DNA from: Phoronis australis
Taxonomy: Eukaryota > Animalia > Phoronida
Reading direction: 5' to 3'
Length of the DNA stretch: 64,000 nt
Assembly (NCBI GenBank): GCA_002633005.1
Contig: NMRA01000830.1
Span: 47,235 to 111,234 of the forward strand
In this document: positions 24,101 to 36,100 of the stretch, in pieces
Numbering within the stretch: position 1 is the first letter of the stretch
How the letters are laid out: each line of letters begins with the position of its first letter
Notes under the pieces: model-generated
The model's database searches: none
The model's input: the letters and a program-made list of their open reading frames with translations, nothing else
Told to the model about the DNA's origin: nothing
Made by a program: the position numbers and the translations under genes

Positions 24101-27100
24101 AAGATGAACGCATTAATTTAACTACCCGGGCCTTGAATGAGTGCAATTCCTACAATAAGGAGATTAAGTAATACTGCATCATGCTCCTAACACTGCAATA
24201 TTTTACCATCGCTGACATTCAACTCATTGACTGAAACTCATTACACTTACCTCCATCCCCCACGTTTGCGGTCAAAATTTTATATTTAGACAACAGATGT
24301 AAAATGTAAGCTTTTGTCACTTTTTAAAAATATTTTCCCTAATAATTGAAAATCAAAGCGAGCAAGTGATTATTTTCTCAGCAAAAGGTCACGACAACTG
24401 CAGGAAAATTACTTTGCAGGCTGGTTACTGTGTTTAGGCAGCAAAATCAAGCACACGTGCGCATTACTGCAATTGAGGTGTGGAGCCCACTGTTTTGAGA
24501 TGAAACTTGTTTTTGTTTGTTGAAAAATCGCTGTGTGTGTATTTTTTCTATTTCTTATTTTTAACAGCCAGTAAAGCCGGTGCCGATTTGCTGCCAAGTA
24601 CGCACTGCGCTCACACGTCCGGGTAGTCACACTGCAATTGCTCTTTTGAGGCTGGTACTTTGGTTCAGTTTCACTATGTGGCGATAAAGATGGGCACGGG
24701 CTGCCTTACAACATCTCTGGCTGCACTTTTTTATTGCCTTTCTAACCAGAAATTATCATTTTCTATTTTACTTAATATTTGTATTCACTATCTTTGCTTG
24801 TAATTGTATTAGTCTTAAAAAATGACCTTATATCGCCTACCTCGGTCTCCTCTTCTTCTCTGGTAACGAGCTTGCGACGCAAGTATCATTTATGTATAAT
24901 TTGGGAATTTGGCGATCATAAAAATCATTTGCCGATCAATAATTGCTTTTTCCTCCCGTTAATTACCTAAACGGGTACTGTTGACGAAGTTTGTTGTAAT
25001 CTCACGGTGAGTCAGGCCTGACCTCAGTAGCCGAACATTGGCTGCGGGAGATGCGGCGTACTTTACAAACTTATTATGCATTAAATACCATTTGTCATAT
25101 GCAAAGAACAGATAAAATTCGGAAGTAAATAATCAAGTTTTCATAAAAAGAACCAAAACGAGAATCAAAAAACAACCAAACAATGCATTTACGCGCACGA
25201 TGAACATGTCAATAAGTTTTCAAGGTCAACATGAGCGTCATTCAGGAATCATTCCAGAACTGATGCACAGGAACTCAGGTCATGGAAATAGATCTGGAAT
25301 AGCCGACGATTTTCCGATCTCGGCCGAGATACAAAATTGTGCTCAAAAAGGCTTTTAGTTTGATAACAGAAAGGATGTGAACATGATGACATGTTACATA
25401 TGACTTAATTTGTCTATGATATATATGTTGAAGTTTTTGAACTAGATTGGCCTTTGAGATAATGACTTTAACTCTTCCTATAGCATTAAGTACCATATTT
25501 AGCTCTTAACTCACAGTTTGTTTTCTTTTACCTGATACTTCAATAGCACTATTGTTGTTGGTCTGACGTTTTGTTCTCTTTCGTTTACGGCGACGTCTAA
25601 ATACAATTAATAAAACCATATTATAATCAGCAAGCCCAACTACAATGCATGAAATTGAAGTTACTGCTAAGTCCAACTATGACCTTATAGGAGTATTAGT
25701 TATAGATTTCAAGTTTGAGTCAGTCAAGCTTTATATTTTCTGAAAGTAGAAAGCCTGTAGAATTTGGTTTTTGACTTTTTATCAACCTATTATTTCGGTC
25801 AGGTGACCATGCCATTTTTAGTAAACTAAGATTGGTCTGAAAACAAACATAAGGTAAACCCAAAGCAACACAATTATGGTATCAATAACATTGATCAAAT
25901 TTTGTTTGTTATAAACGTTTAAGAAAAAATCTTAAAAAGGATCATTCTGTTTGTTAATTTTGGTCCTACTCCTTCGTTTACATTTAGTTTTATGCACAAA
26001 AAATAATCGCCAAGCTCAGGGCTGATTTTACCTGGTCCAGAATTCATGAAAGATACTTACATAACAATGATGACCACAATGACCACAACAACCAGAATGA
26101 CCACTACAGCGCCAACAGACCCACCAACAGCACCTAAGTCTATGGCTGAAAGAACAATACACTTGGTTAACAGGTAGTGTTCCACAGATCAATAGCACCA
26201 TTGTCTATGAACTGTTAGGCTGAAATAACAATATACTTGGTAAACAGGTGGTGTTCTACAGACCAATAACACCAGTGCCTAGGAATTAATTGGCTGAATG
26301 AACAATATAATAATACATTTGGTGAACACTTCAGGTGGACTGTTCCACAGACAAGCAATATCAGAATCTTACATGGATCAACCAACTAGTTAGGTGTACA
26401 CCTTACTTGGATGACAACCAACGAGCACACGACACCATGTGGTTGGTTGACATCCAACATAATTTCATAAAGCTATAAAGGGAAAAATAGTTGGTTACTT
26501 GGCTGACATCAAACATCCAATATCTGCCCCACCTGGTGGTCAAATCATACGGCTATACAAAGGGTCAGAGAGTTGTTTAGTTGGTTGAGATCTAACATCC
26601 AATAGTTGATCCACCTGGTGGACAAACGATCACTGGCATATACAGCTAAGCTGTAGTTAGTTGCTTGACATTCAACATCCAATAGATGCACCACCTGGTG
26701 GACAAACGATCATTGACAAATACAGCTAAGATGTAGTTACTTTGTTGACATCCAACATCCAATAGCTACCCCACCTGAGGGTCACATCATGAAGCTACAG
26801 AAAGCGATAGTTGGTTAGTTGGTTGAATTCCAACATTCAATAGCTGCTCCACTTGGGGGACAAGCGATCACTGACAGATACAGCTAAGATGTAGTTAGTT
26901 GGTTGACATCCAAAGCCCAATAACTGCTCCACCTGGTGGACAAAAGATCACTGGTAGATACAGCTAAGATGTAGTTAGTAGGTTGACATATCCAACATCC
27001 AATACCTGTCCCACGGTGGGACCTGGTGGTAAAATCACGAAGGTATACAAAGGGCCAGATAGTTGGTTAGTTGGATGACACCCAACAACCAATAGCTGCT

Positions 27101-30100
27101 CCATCTGGTGGTCAAACAATCACTGGCAAATACAGCTAAGATGTAGTTATTTGGTTGACATACAATATCCAATAGCTACCCCACCTGGGGGTCAAATCAG
27201 TAACCTATAGAAAGGGACAGATAGTTGGTTAGTTGGTTGACATCCATCATCCAATAGCTGCTCCATCTGGTGGTCAAACAATCACAGGCATATACGGCTA
27301 AGATGTCGTTAGTTGGGTGACATCCAACATCCAATAGCTGCTCCACCTGATGGACAAGTGATCACTGACAGATACAGCTAAGATGAAGTTAGTTGGTTGA
27401 CAGTCATCATCCAATAGGTGCCCCACCTGGTGGTCAAATCATGAAGCTATACAAAGGGAAAAATGGTTGGTTGGTTGACATCCAACATCCAATAGCTGCC
27501 CCACCATGTGGTCAAATCATGAAACTATACAAAGGGACATATAGTTGGTTAGTTGGTTGACAACCAACATCCAATAGCTGCTCCACCTGGTGGACAAGCG
27601 ATCATTGGCAGATACAGCTAAGATGTAGTTAGTTGGTAGACATCCATCACCCAATAGCTGCCCCACATGGTGGTCAAATCATGAAGCTATACAAAGGGAC
27701 GGGTAGTTGGTTAGTTGGTTGACATCCAACATCCAATAGCTGCCCCACCTTGTGGTCAAATCTTGAAACTATACAAAAGGACATATAGTTGGTTGACATT
27801 TAACATCCAATAGCTGCCCCAACTGGTGGTCAAATCACGAAGCTAGACAAAGGGACAGATAATAGACATCTTATACGATATCGCACGCGCTACTGCAGCT
27901 GACAACTTGACGCCATATTGGAGAGTGCTACTAGTCACGTGACACGGCTAATTGCCGTGTAAACGAACGGGGTAACTTCTCCTTTTCAAAGAGCGATATC
28001 TCACAAATAAAGAGGCTGAAGAGTGTGATTTTTCCAGAAACATACAAAAACATGTGACGTAGCACTTACATGCGTTTTTTAAGAGTTAACCTGTCGACAG
28101 GGAAAATATCAAACTATTAGAAGATCGCAACCAGTGGCAGATTCTCGAGTTGCCTGAGCGGCTGTAGGCCTGTCAATCTACTGCAAGCGTTTTATTTTTT
28201 TCAAGAGAAACCACCAAGATCGCGCAAATTTATCATTTAATTCGTGTCGCTCGATGCAAATACATTATATCCAGGAGACGTGCCGCTCACTCGGGACGTA
28301 CCTTCGTGGTGCCCCAACAAGCCTTTTCACTGAGTGTTGAACAATGACTACTGGTAACTTTGTTAAATTACAATATGACCCGGGTCTCTTTTAATGGGTC
28401 TAAATTTAATGTGAACTACTGTGAAAAATGACCTCATTGGGGTCATATAAATAAAAGACGGTTTTTAAAGTTCATTGGGGCGTTCTCCCATTCAGTGCAG
28501 AGGTTGTGAGCATGTGATAACATCTAGCTCCTTTGTTAACTGCCGAGCACAGTCTTTTGTCTGGTAGTATAACGTGCAGATAAATTATCTACCAGGCTGA
28601 TAATTAACCGATCACATGTAAAAACAGTCAAACCCAGTACATTGGTACGTTCGGACACAATAGATTGTCCTAACTTCAATTCTAGTTGGGCGATTTTGGT
28701 GATTCAAAAACTATAAGCTTGATCAGTATTTGATGGGCAATTCAAAAATGTCATTGGGTTCATGTTCAAACATTTTATAACTTAACTTGTNATATAATAA
28801 TACATTTGGTGAACAGGTGGACTGTTCCACAGACAAGCTATATCAGAATCTTACATGGATCAACCAACTAGTTAGGTGTACACCTTACTTGGATGACAAC
28901 CAACGAGCACACGACACCATGTGGTTGGTTGACATCCAACATCATTTCGTAAAGCTATAAAGGGAAAAATAGTTGGTTACTTGGCTGACATCAAACATCC
29001 AATATCTGCCCCACCTGGTGGTCAAATCATGAAGCTATACAAAGGGAAAAATAGTTGGTTGGTTGGTTGACATCCAACATCCAATAGCTGCCCCACCTTG
29101 TGGTCAAATCATGAAACTATACAAAGGGACATATAGTTGGTTAGTTGGTTGACATCCAACATCCAATAGCTGCTCCACCTGGTGGACAAGCGATCATTGG
29201 CAGATACAGCTAAGATGTAGTTAGTTGGTAGACATCCATCACCCTATAGCTGCCCCACCTGGTGGTCAAATCATGAAGCTATACAAAGGGACAGATAATA
29301 GACATCTTATACGATATCGCACGCGCTACTGCAGCTGACAACTTGATGCCATATTGGAAAGTGCTACTAGTCACGTGACACGGCTAATACGGCACATTTG
29401 CTTGCCCCATTGAAGAGGAAAAGTTTCTCGCTATACTCACAAATAAAGAGGCTGAAGAGTGTGACATTTCCAGAAACATACAAAAACATGTGACGTAGCA
29501 CTTACATGCGTTTTTTAAGAGTTAATCTGTCGACAGGGAAAATATTGAACTATTAGAAGATCGCAACCAGTGGCAGATTCTCGAGTTGCCTGAGCGGCTG
29601 TAGGCCTGTCAATCTACTGCAAGCGTTTTATTTTTTTCAAGAGAAACCACCAAGATCGCGCAAATTTATCATTTAATTCGTGTTGCTCGATGCAAATACA
29701 TTATATCCAGGAGACGTGCCGCTCACTCGGGACGTACTTTCGTAGTGCCCCAACAAGCCTTTTCACTGAGTGTTGAACAATGACTACTGGTAACTTTGTT
29801 AAATTAAAATATGACCCGGGTCTCTTTTAATGGGGTCTTAAATTTAATGTGAACTACTGTGAAAAATGACCTCATTGGGGTCATATAAAAGACAGGTTTT
29901 TAAAGTTCATTAGGGCGTTCTCCCATTCAGTGCAGAGGTTGTGAGCGTGTGATAACATCTAGCTCCTTTGTTACCTGCCGAGCACAGTCTTTTGTCTGGT
30001 AGTAAAACGCGCAGATAAATTATCTACCAGGCTGATAATTAACCGATCACATGTAAACACAGTCAAACCCAGTACATTGGTACGTTCGGACACAATAGAT

Positions 30101-33100
30101 TGTCTTAACTTCAATTCTAGTTGGGCGATTTTGATGATTTAAAAACTGTAAGCTTGATCAGTATTTGATGGGCAATTCAAAAATGTCATTGGATTCATGT
30201 TCAAACATTTTATAACTTAACTTGTTTTTAACAGCACAGCCCAGTGAGGATATAAGATACGATCTTATCAGAGATTAGATCAATTATCGAGCAAAAGAGA
30301 TCTGAACCTCCAACCCTAATTGCCAGAATGGACTTCATCAATCGTCAGTGTAAGATATTGACTACAGNNNNNNNNNNNNNNNNNNNNNNNNNNNNNNNNN
30401 NNNNNNNNNNNNNNNNNNNNNNNNNNNNNNNNNNNNNNNNNNNNNNNNNNNNNNNNNNNNNNNNNNNNNNNNNNNNNNNNNNNNNNNNNNNNNNNNNNNN
30501 NNNNNNNNNNNNNNNNNNNNNNNNNNNNNNNNNNNNNNNNNNNNNNNNNNNNNNNNNNNNNNNNNNNNNNNNNNNNNNNNNNNNNNNNNNNNNTGATGTG
30601 GAAACAATGTATATAGTCGCTCCGCTTAAACTATGGTGGGAGAACATAAAAACCTAGTTGCAGCACCACTAAACTCCATGGCAGAACCAAAAAACATGAC
30701 ACAATGACAGCAGCAAAAAACTTAACTCTGCCTGCAGGCATAACACTGCGAGACCCCGCATTTTCTGACTGATGCCGTAGGGCTCCCAGTGTTTACCGGC
30801 ATTTCTGTCCTGTGTAGCACTCTCCAATATGGTGTCACAATGACAAAGCGAGCTGCATGTATCTCAGTGGCGCGCCCGGTCTATGTGATGGCTATGGGCC
30901 AGATATTTGGTTAGTTGTTTGACATCCAACATCCAGTAGCTGCCCCACCTGGTGGTCAAATCATGAAGCTAGTTGATTAGTTTGTTGACATCCAACATTC
31001 AATAGCAAATTTTAATCAAACTGCTAAGAAAACAATATATTTTTAAAGGAAAAGAAATTCATTTGAAATGTAAAACATGTTCAAAAAGAAAATCATAGAA
31101 AATTATTTTGAAAATATTTGTATTTAAAATGGAAATATTGAAAATAACAGGTGTTCGTGAAAATATCAGATGTAAAACAATAAAAAAAATTGAAAGTGAA
31201 ACAATTTTAAAACCAAAACAAAATCACTATCAAATACAAAATATTTTGCTTTTTGTCTCCATTTTCGAGTGATTTTAAAATGAGAAGCAGCCCTTGGCTG
31301 CTAGAATTGATGAGTTCATGTGGATAATTTTTTGCTAACACTGGTCACTGCTCAGATTTTTTATTTCATTTTTAATGCCCGTCTACTTTTTTCTCTTATC
31401 GGGAAAGGGTTAGTTAATATCTTTTTATTTTATTCATAAACTGGAAGTACCAAAACAGTGTTGGATTTTGATTACCAGCGAAACTTAATTAGTTCAGTAA
31501 ATTTCAGCTCAGTTAATTGTAAACCCATCCCTGAACCTTCCAGATTTCAGAAAGCTACTAGACATATCACAGCAAACAAAACTACCTTTTTTTAAGTCAT
31601 AAAAAATGAAAGGGCACAATTTGAATACAGCTGTATCCGAGTTAAAAATCTGGTCAAACGAGATTGAAAGAATATTAAAAGAATAATCCATGCGATATTG
31701 TCAACTTTGATCAGTGTTTGTAAATCCACAGAGTATATCAATGTTCACAGTCGTTTTGCTTCAATCGTACCCAATTTTGTAGTTATTGGCTTATGAGTTC
31801 ATCGGTTTTTAAAAGTCGAAATCCTTGCTTAGTTACTTTTTCCAGATGACTACCGCAGTGGTGTTTGTCTTTAACGAAAGTTATTAAAAAATTTTGTAAA
31901 TGCATTTTGAAAACTCCCATCATGTACAGGCAGAGATGTTTACTACAGTTTAGGTTTCAGGTAATTATACACTTACCTGTAATGGGGTTTATCTCCCATG
32001 TGTGGGATAATGCCCTCTTCACAACTGTAGTGTTCATTACTTGACTATAGGTCTATTTGTGTCCCTATACAATCATTCATTGATAGTTTGAGCTGTCTAA
32101 GTACCACAATGTTTGTAAACAGAACACTAATGAGCCTGTAGTAATATGGCCCCACAAAATAGTTTAGGTTGGGTGGGTCAGTGAGCTGTATGTGGACCAA
32201 CAAAGGATTAATCTAGACTGTGAACACTCATAATAGAATAAGTGATCACACTGATACCAAGGAAACAGCAGTGACAAAAGATTAAAGTGAATTCCTAGAC
32301 AAGTTAACAACAAATACAGATCTCTTATGATACTGGATGGAGACTTCAGTGAAATGAAACGTGTAATTGTTATAAAGTTGATGCATATATATTAATACAC
32401 AAAGAATAGCTTTAGAAAAACATGTCAAGATAAACAGAGCATTTTATTATTGAATTTTGAGGCGATACTTGTGTTCGCAGTTGAATTTTACGTACATTTT
32501 GTTATGATAATTGTGAACTTGAAGCGTTTATTAATGCGCATGACATGGCTTAGGAAAAACATGTCAAGATATGGAGGCAATTTGATTTTGAATTTTCTAA
32601 TGTCACTCATGGTAGGTGCAGTAGTTGTTGACTTGTGCACCTACATACCCTGTATTTATATGTGCACAACAATTAAACATTCTGATATACAGGCTTGAAT
32701 TTTGCATTTTCTACTTGATTTGATCAGCGTTGTTTATAGGGGCTGTCAGTTGTCTCAACTCAGATCCCACATCATCTACTAAATAACGGGCATTTTCTTG
32801 TAATTTGCTACTGAGAGAAAGTTTCGCTACCACCACCGCATCTACTGAATAATGGGCATACTCTGTGTATATGACTATATGTGATGCAACAGACAGCGGT
32901 ACTTGGGCCCCATCAACTAAATAACAAACATCCTGCTTGTAAGTGACTATTTTGATGAAACAGACACTAGTAGTTGGTTCACATCTAATTAAACTAATTA
33001 CCCCCTTTTGTGGCCGAGACATCATCCAAACTCCATCCCACATGTCATGAACATATCCACTACCACAAGAAACTGTAGGAACACTGCATTTATCCACCTT

Positions 33101-36100
33101 CACTCTTATCAGGCTTCTATTGTGAGTCAGCATGCGTGAATAATTGGCTGATAAGCCACCTCTGGAACTACTTTTGGCTGAATGGATGACCAGGCCATAA
33201 AATGATAATTAGCCAAGACCAGTTACTAATGCAACAAAGAACAATGTTGTAGCATCACCTAGCCTTGGTGGAAAGCTGTATACTGTATAGGCTCTAATAA
33301 ACGCTTAGAAAAATTCATTTCACNNNNNNNNNNNNNNNNNNNNNNNNNNNNNNNNNNNNNNNNNNNNNNNNNNNNNNNNNNNNNNNNNNNNNNNNNNNNN
33401 NNNNNNNNNNNNNNNNNNNNNNNNNNNNNNNNNNNNNNNNNNNNNNNNNNNNNNNNNNNNNNNNNNNNNNNNNNNNNNNNNNNNNNNNNNNNNNNNNNNN
33501 NNNNNNNNNNNNNNNNNNNNNNNNNNNNNNNNNNNNNNNNNNNNNNNNNNNNNNNNNNNNNNNNNNNNNNNNNNNNNNNNNNNNNNNNNNNNNNNNNNNN
33601 NNNNNNNNNNNNNNNNNNNNNNNNNNNNNNNNNNNNNNNNNNNNNNNNNNNNNNNNNNNNNNNNNNNNNNNNNNNNNNNNNNNNNNNNNNNNNNNNNNNN
33701 NNNNNNNNNNNNNNNNNNNNNNNNNNNNNNNNNNNNNNNNNNNNNNNNNNNNNNNNNNNNNNNNNNNNNNNNNNNNNNNNNNNNNNNNNCCCACCAATAG
33801 CTATTACCAATAGTCAGTGATGAGATGTGCCCACCAATAGCTATTACCAATAGTCAGTGATGAGATGTGCACACTAATAGCTATTACCAATAGTCAGTAA
33901 TGAGATGTGCCCACCAATAGCTATTACCAATAGTCAGTGATGAGGTGTGCACACCAATCCTTGGAAAAATGTGACAGTTTGCTTATTTTTAGTGTATATC
34001 GTACCATGTGTATGTACGAAAGTGCACAAAAAAATTTCGTGACATACCACGTCAAAACTTACCTGCTTGGTCAGTTCTGATGGTACTGGCATCCCCATAA
34101 CTGGAACAGCCAATGACATTGCACACTTTAACAACTACTGAATAGTGCGTGTATGGTCGCCGTCCAATCACATTCATGTTAGTTGTGTCACTGCTGTAAA
34201 TAGCTGATTCATTGTTTGTCAGATCAGTTACCATGACTCTGTAATTGGTGAACTCTCCATTCATATCTTTACACAAGACTACGTTCCATGACACTGTGAA
34301 TTGCCTGGCTTTGACATCACTTATAGCTGGTGCTGCAATTCTGTTGTCTGGAACTGGAAGATATGTTACTATCATTAAATAACAAGGACAAGAAAACAAG
34401 AAACTAAGAAACCAACCACAACAAGAATAGTAACAAGAATAAGAATAAGAATAAAATGTAATGATGATAATAATAACACTAATAATAATAAGAACAATAC
34501 TAATAACAATAATAATAAGAAGAATTAGAACAAGAAGAACAACAAAAACAAGAATAAATATAATAAGAATAATAATAATCAGAATATCGATAAGAAGAAA
34601 AAGAATAAGAATAAGAACAATAAAAATAAGAATAGGGATGAGAATGATTGACCGTTGGAGCACGTGCTCATAACTTTAAAATAATTTTGTTTTTATTAAA
34701 TACCCTTGTTCAACTAACGCTCACCCTCTGATTTGTGTGCTCCAAGGTTTAACGCTTTGGGTGGCAAATAGCATAGGAACAATGTTTCTATGTTTGAAGT
34801 CACCTCAAGTCATACATTTATGCAGGATGATTTCTCAATAACATTACACAGTGAACTGACATTGTTTTACTTCACTGTTCCTCAACTCAACATCATTTAC
34901 TTCCCATACAAACCTGACGCTGACGTATGTCTCTGTATCTGCTGGTAGCTCCCTCCACCTTCATTCGTGAAAGCTCTGACTCTTATCCTATAGTCAGCGT
35001 TCGACTCAAGTGATCCAAGAACCTTCTGAAATGTTCCTGCATTTGGTGTTTCACTAATATCATAACTGTCTTCGACTACGATGGTTGGGCAGGACAGTCT
35101 TTTCACCAACTTATGTTCAACTTGATATTTTGCGATGACACCATTTGGAATATCTGGGAGACTCCAAGATACTATAATGGAGTTGGCACTCCGAAAGATG
35201 ACTTCCAGATTTCCAACAGGGCCAGGTACTGAAATTATAAATTCACACAATACAGTGTTCTTCAATAGGTCCCAGCACCAGAATAAGTTCATGTATAAGG
35301 AGCCTCCTACTGAAATTATGTATCAATTATTGAAAAACAACTTCCTCAACATGTCCCAGAACTGAAATAATGAATCAATTCATACGTAGTGCTCTTCAAC
35401 AGGTACTGGTACTTAAATTGTGTATCAATTCATATATACAGTGTTCCTTGACAGGTCCTGGTACTCAAATTATGAATTAATTCATATATACAGCGTTCCT
35501 CATCAGAACACATTACTGAAACTTTTAGTGTGAGATGCACATAAAATGATTTACGATAATTTCAAGATTATAACATATGTTAAGGTGAATGTGCACCAGA
35601 CAAAGCATTCAAAATTTCATGTCTATATAGCCCTGCCCTGGTACTAACTATATCTGACATTTCAAACTCTGATCTCATGTGAGTCACTTAATCATTAAGA
35701 AAATGACCAAAAGGAACATGGAGCGTTGAAATGCACCCACGACTCCACCGCAAACGGTGTGCTTCTAGAAGAGTTCTTAATCATAAAAAATGGCCATTAG
35801 AGGGCACAGAATACACTGTGAACCCATCTGCAAATGGGAATCTGTCGTCGTTTCTCAAAGCTATTTGCCAAATTTCAGGAAATCCATCTCAAGATTTCAA
35901 AGATACAATAAGGTAAACGTAAAAAAAACAAATTGCCATTAAGAACCAAAGTAGGAATACAATTGCAAGGGGAGATACAGCAGTAGAAACAAAATAAAAT
36001 ATCACTCATTGAACAGAGTCGCCAGCATGGTCAAGATAAGACAGCCACACTAAACCTTACAATGAGTAGCAGAAACTCAGACATTAAGCATCTGAAACAA

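Noticed and set aside
24206-24230. Possible 24-nt juxtamembrane exon (NELNVSD)
   Set aside because: Weak splice context and no supporting homology.
20030-25622. Second complete paralogous gene implied by duplicated JM/PTP exons
   Set aside because: The blocks are near-identical, bounded by single-n joins and lack their own TM/ectodomain exons; uncollapsed haplotypes explain most of it.
26395-27860. Repeat-spacer appearance suggesting CRISPR
   Set aside because: The spacers are only two recurring variants, the context is a eukaryotic intron, and no cas genes are present; this is a satellite.
31977-32060. Possible small stalk exon ending ACAG|gtaagt (...KRALSHTWEINPIT)
   Set aside because: Strong donor but no convincing acceptor or homology; not needed for phase continuity.
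34354-34663. Hydrophobic signal/TM-like N-terminus of ORF 34052..34663
   Set aside because: Translation of an intronic AAT/AAG tract upstream of a clear acceptor.
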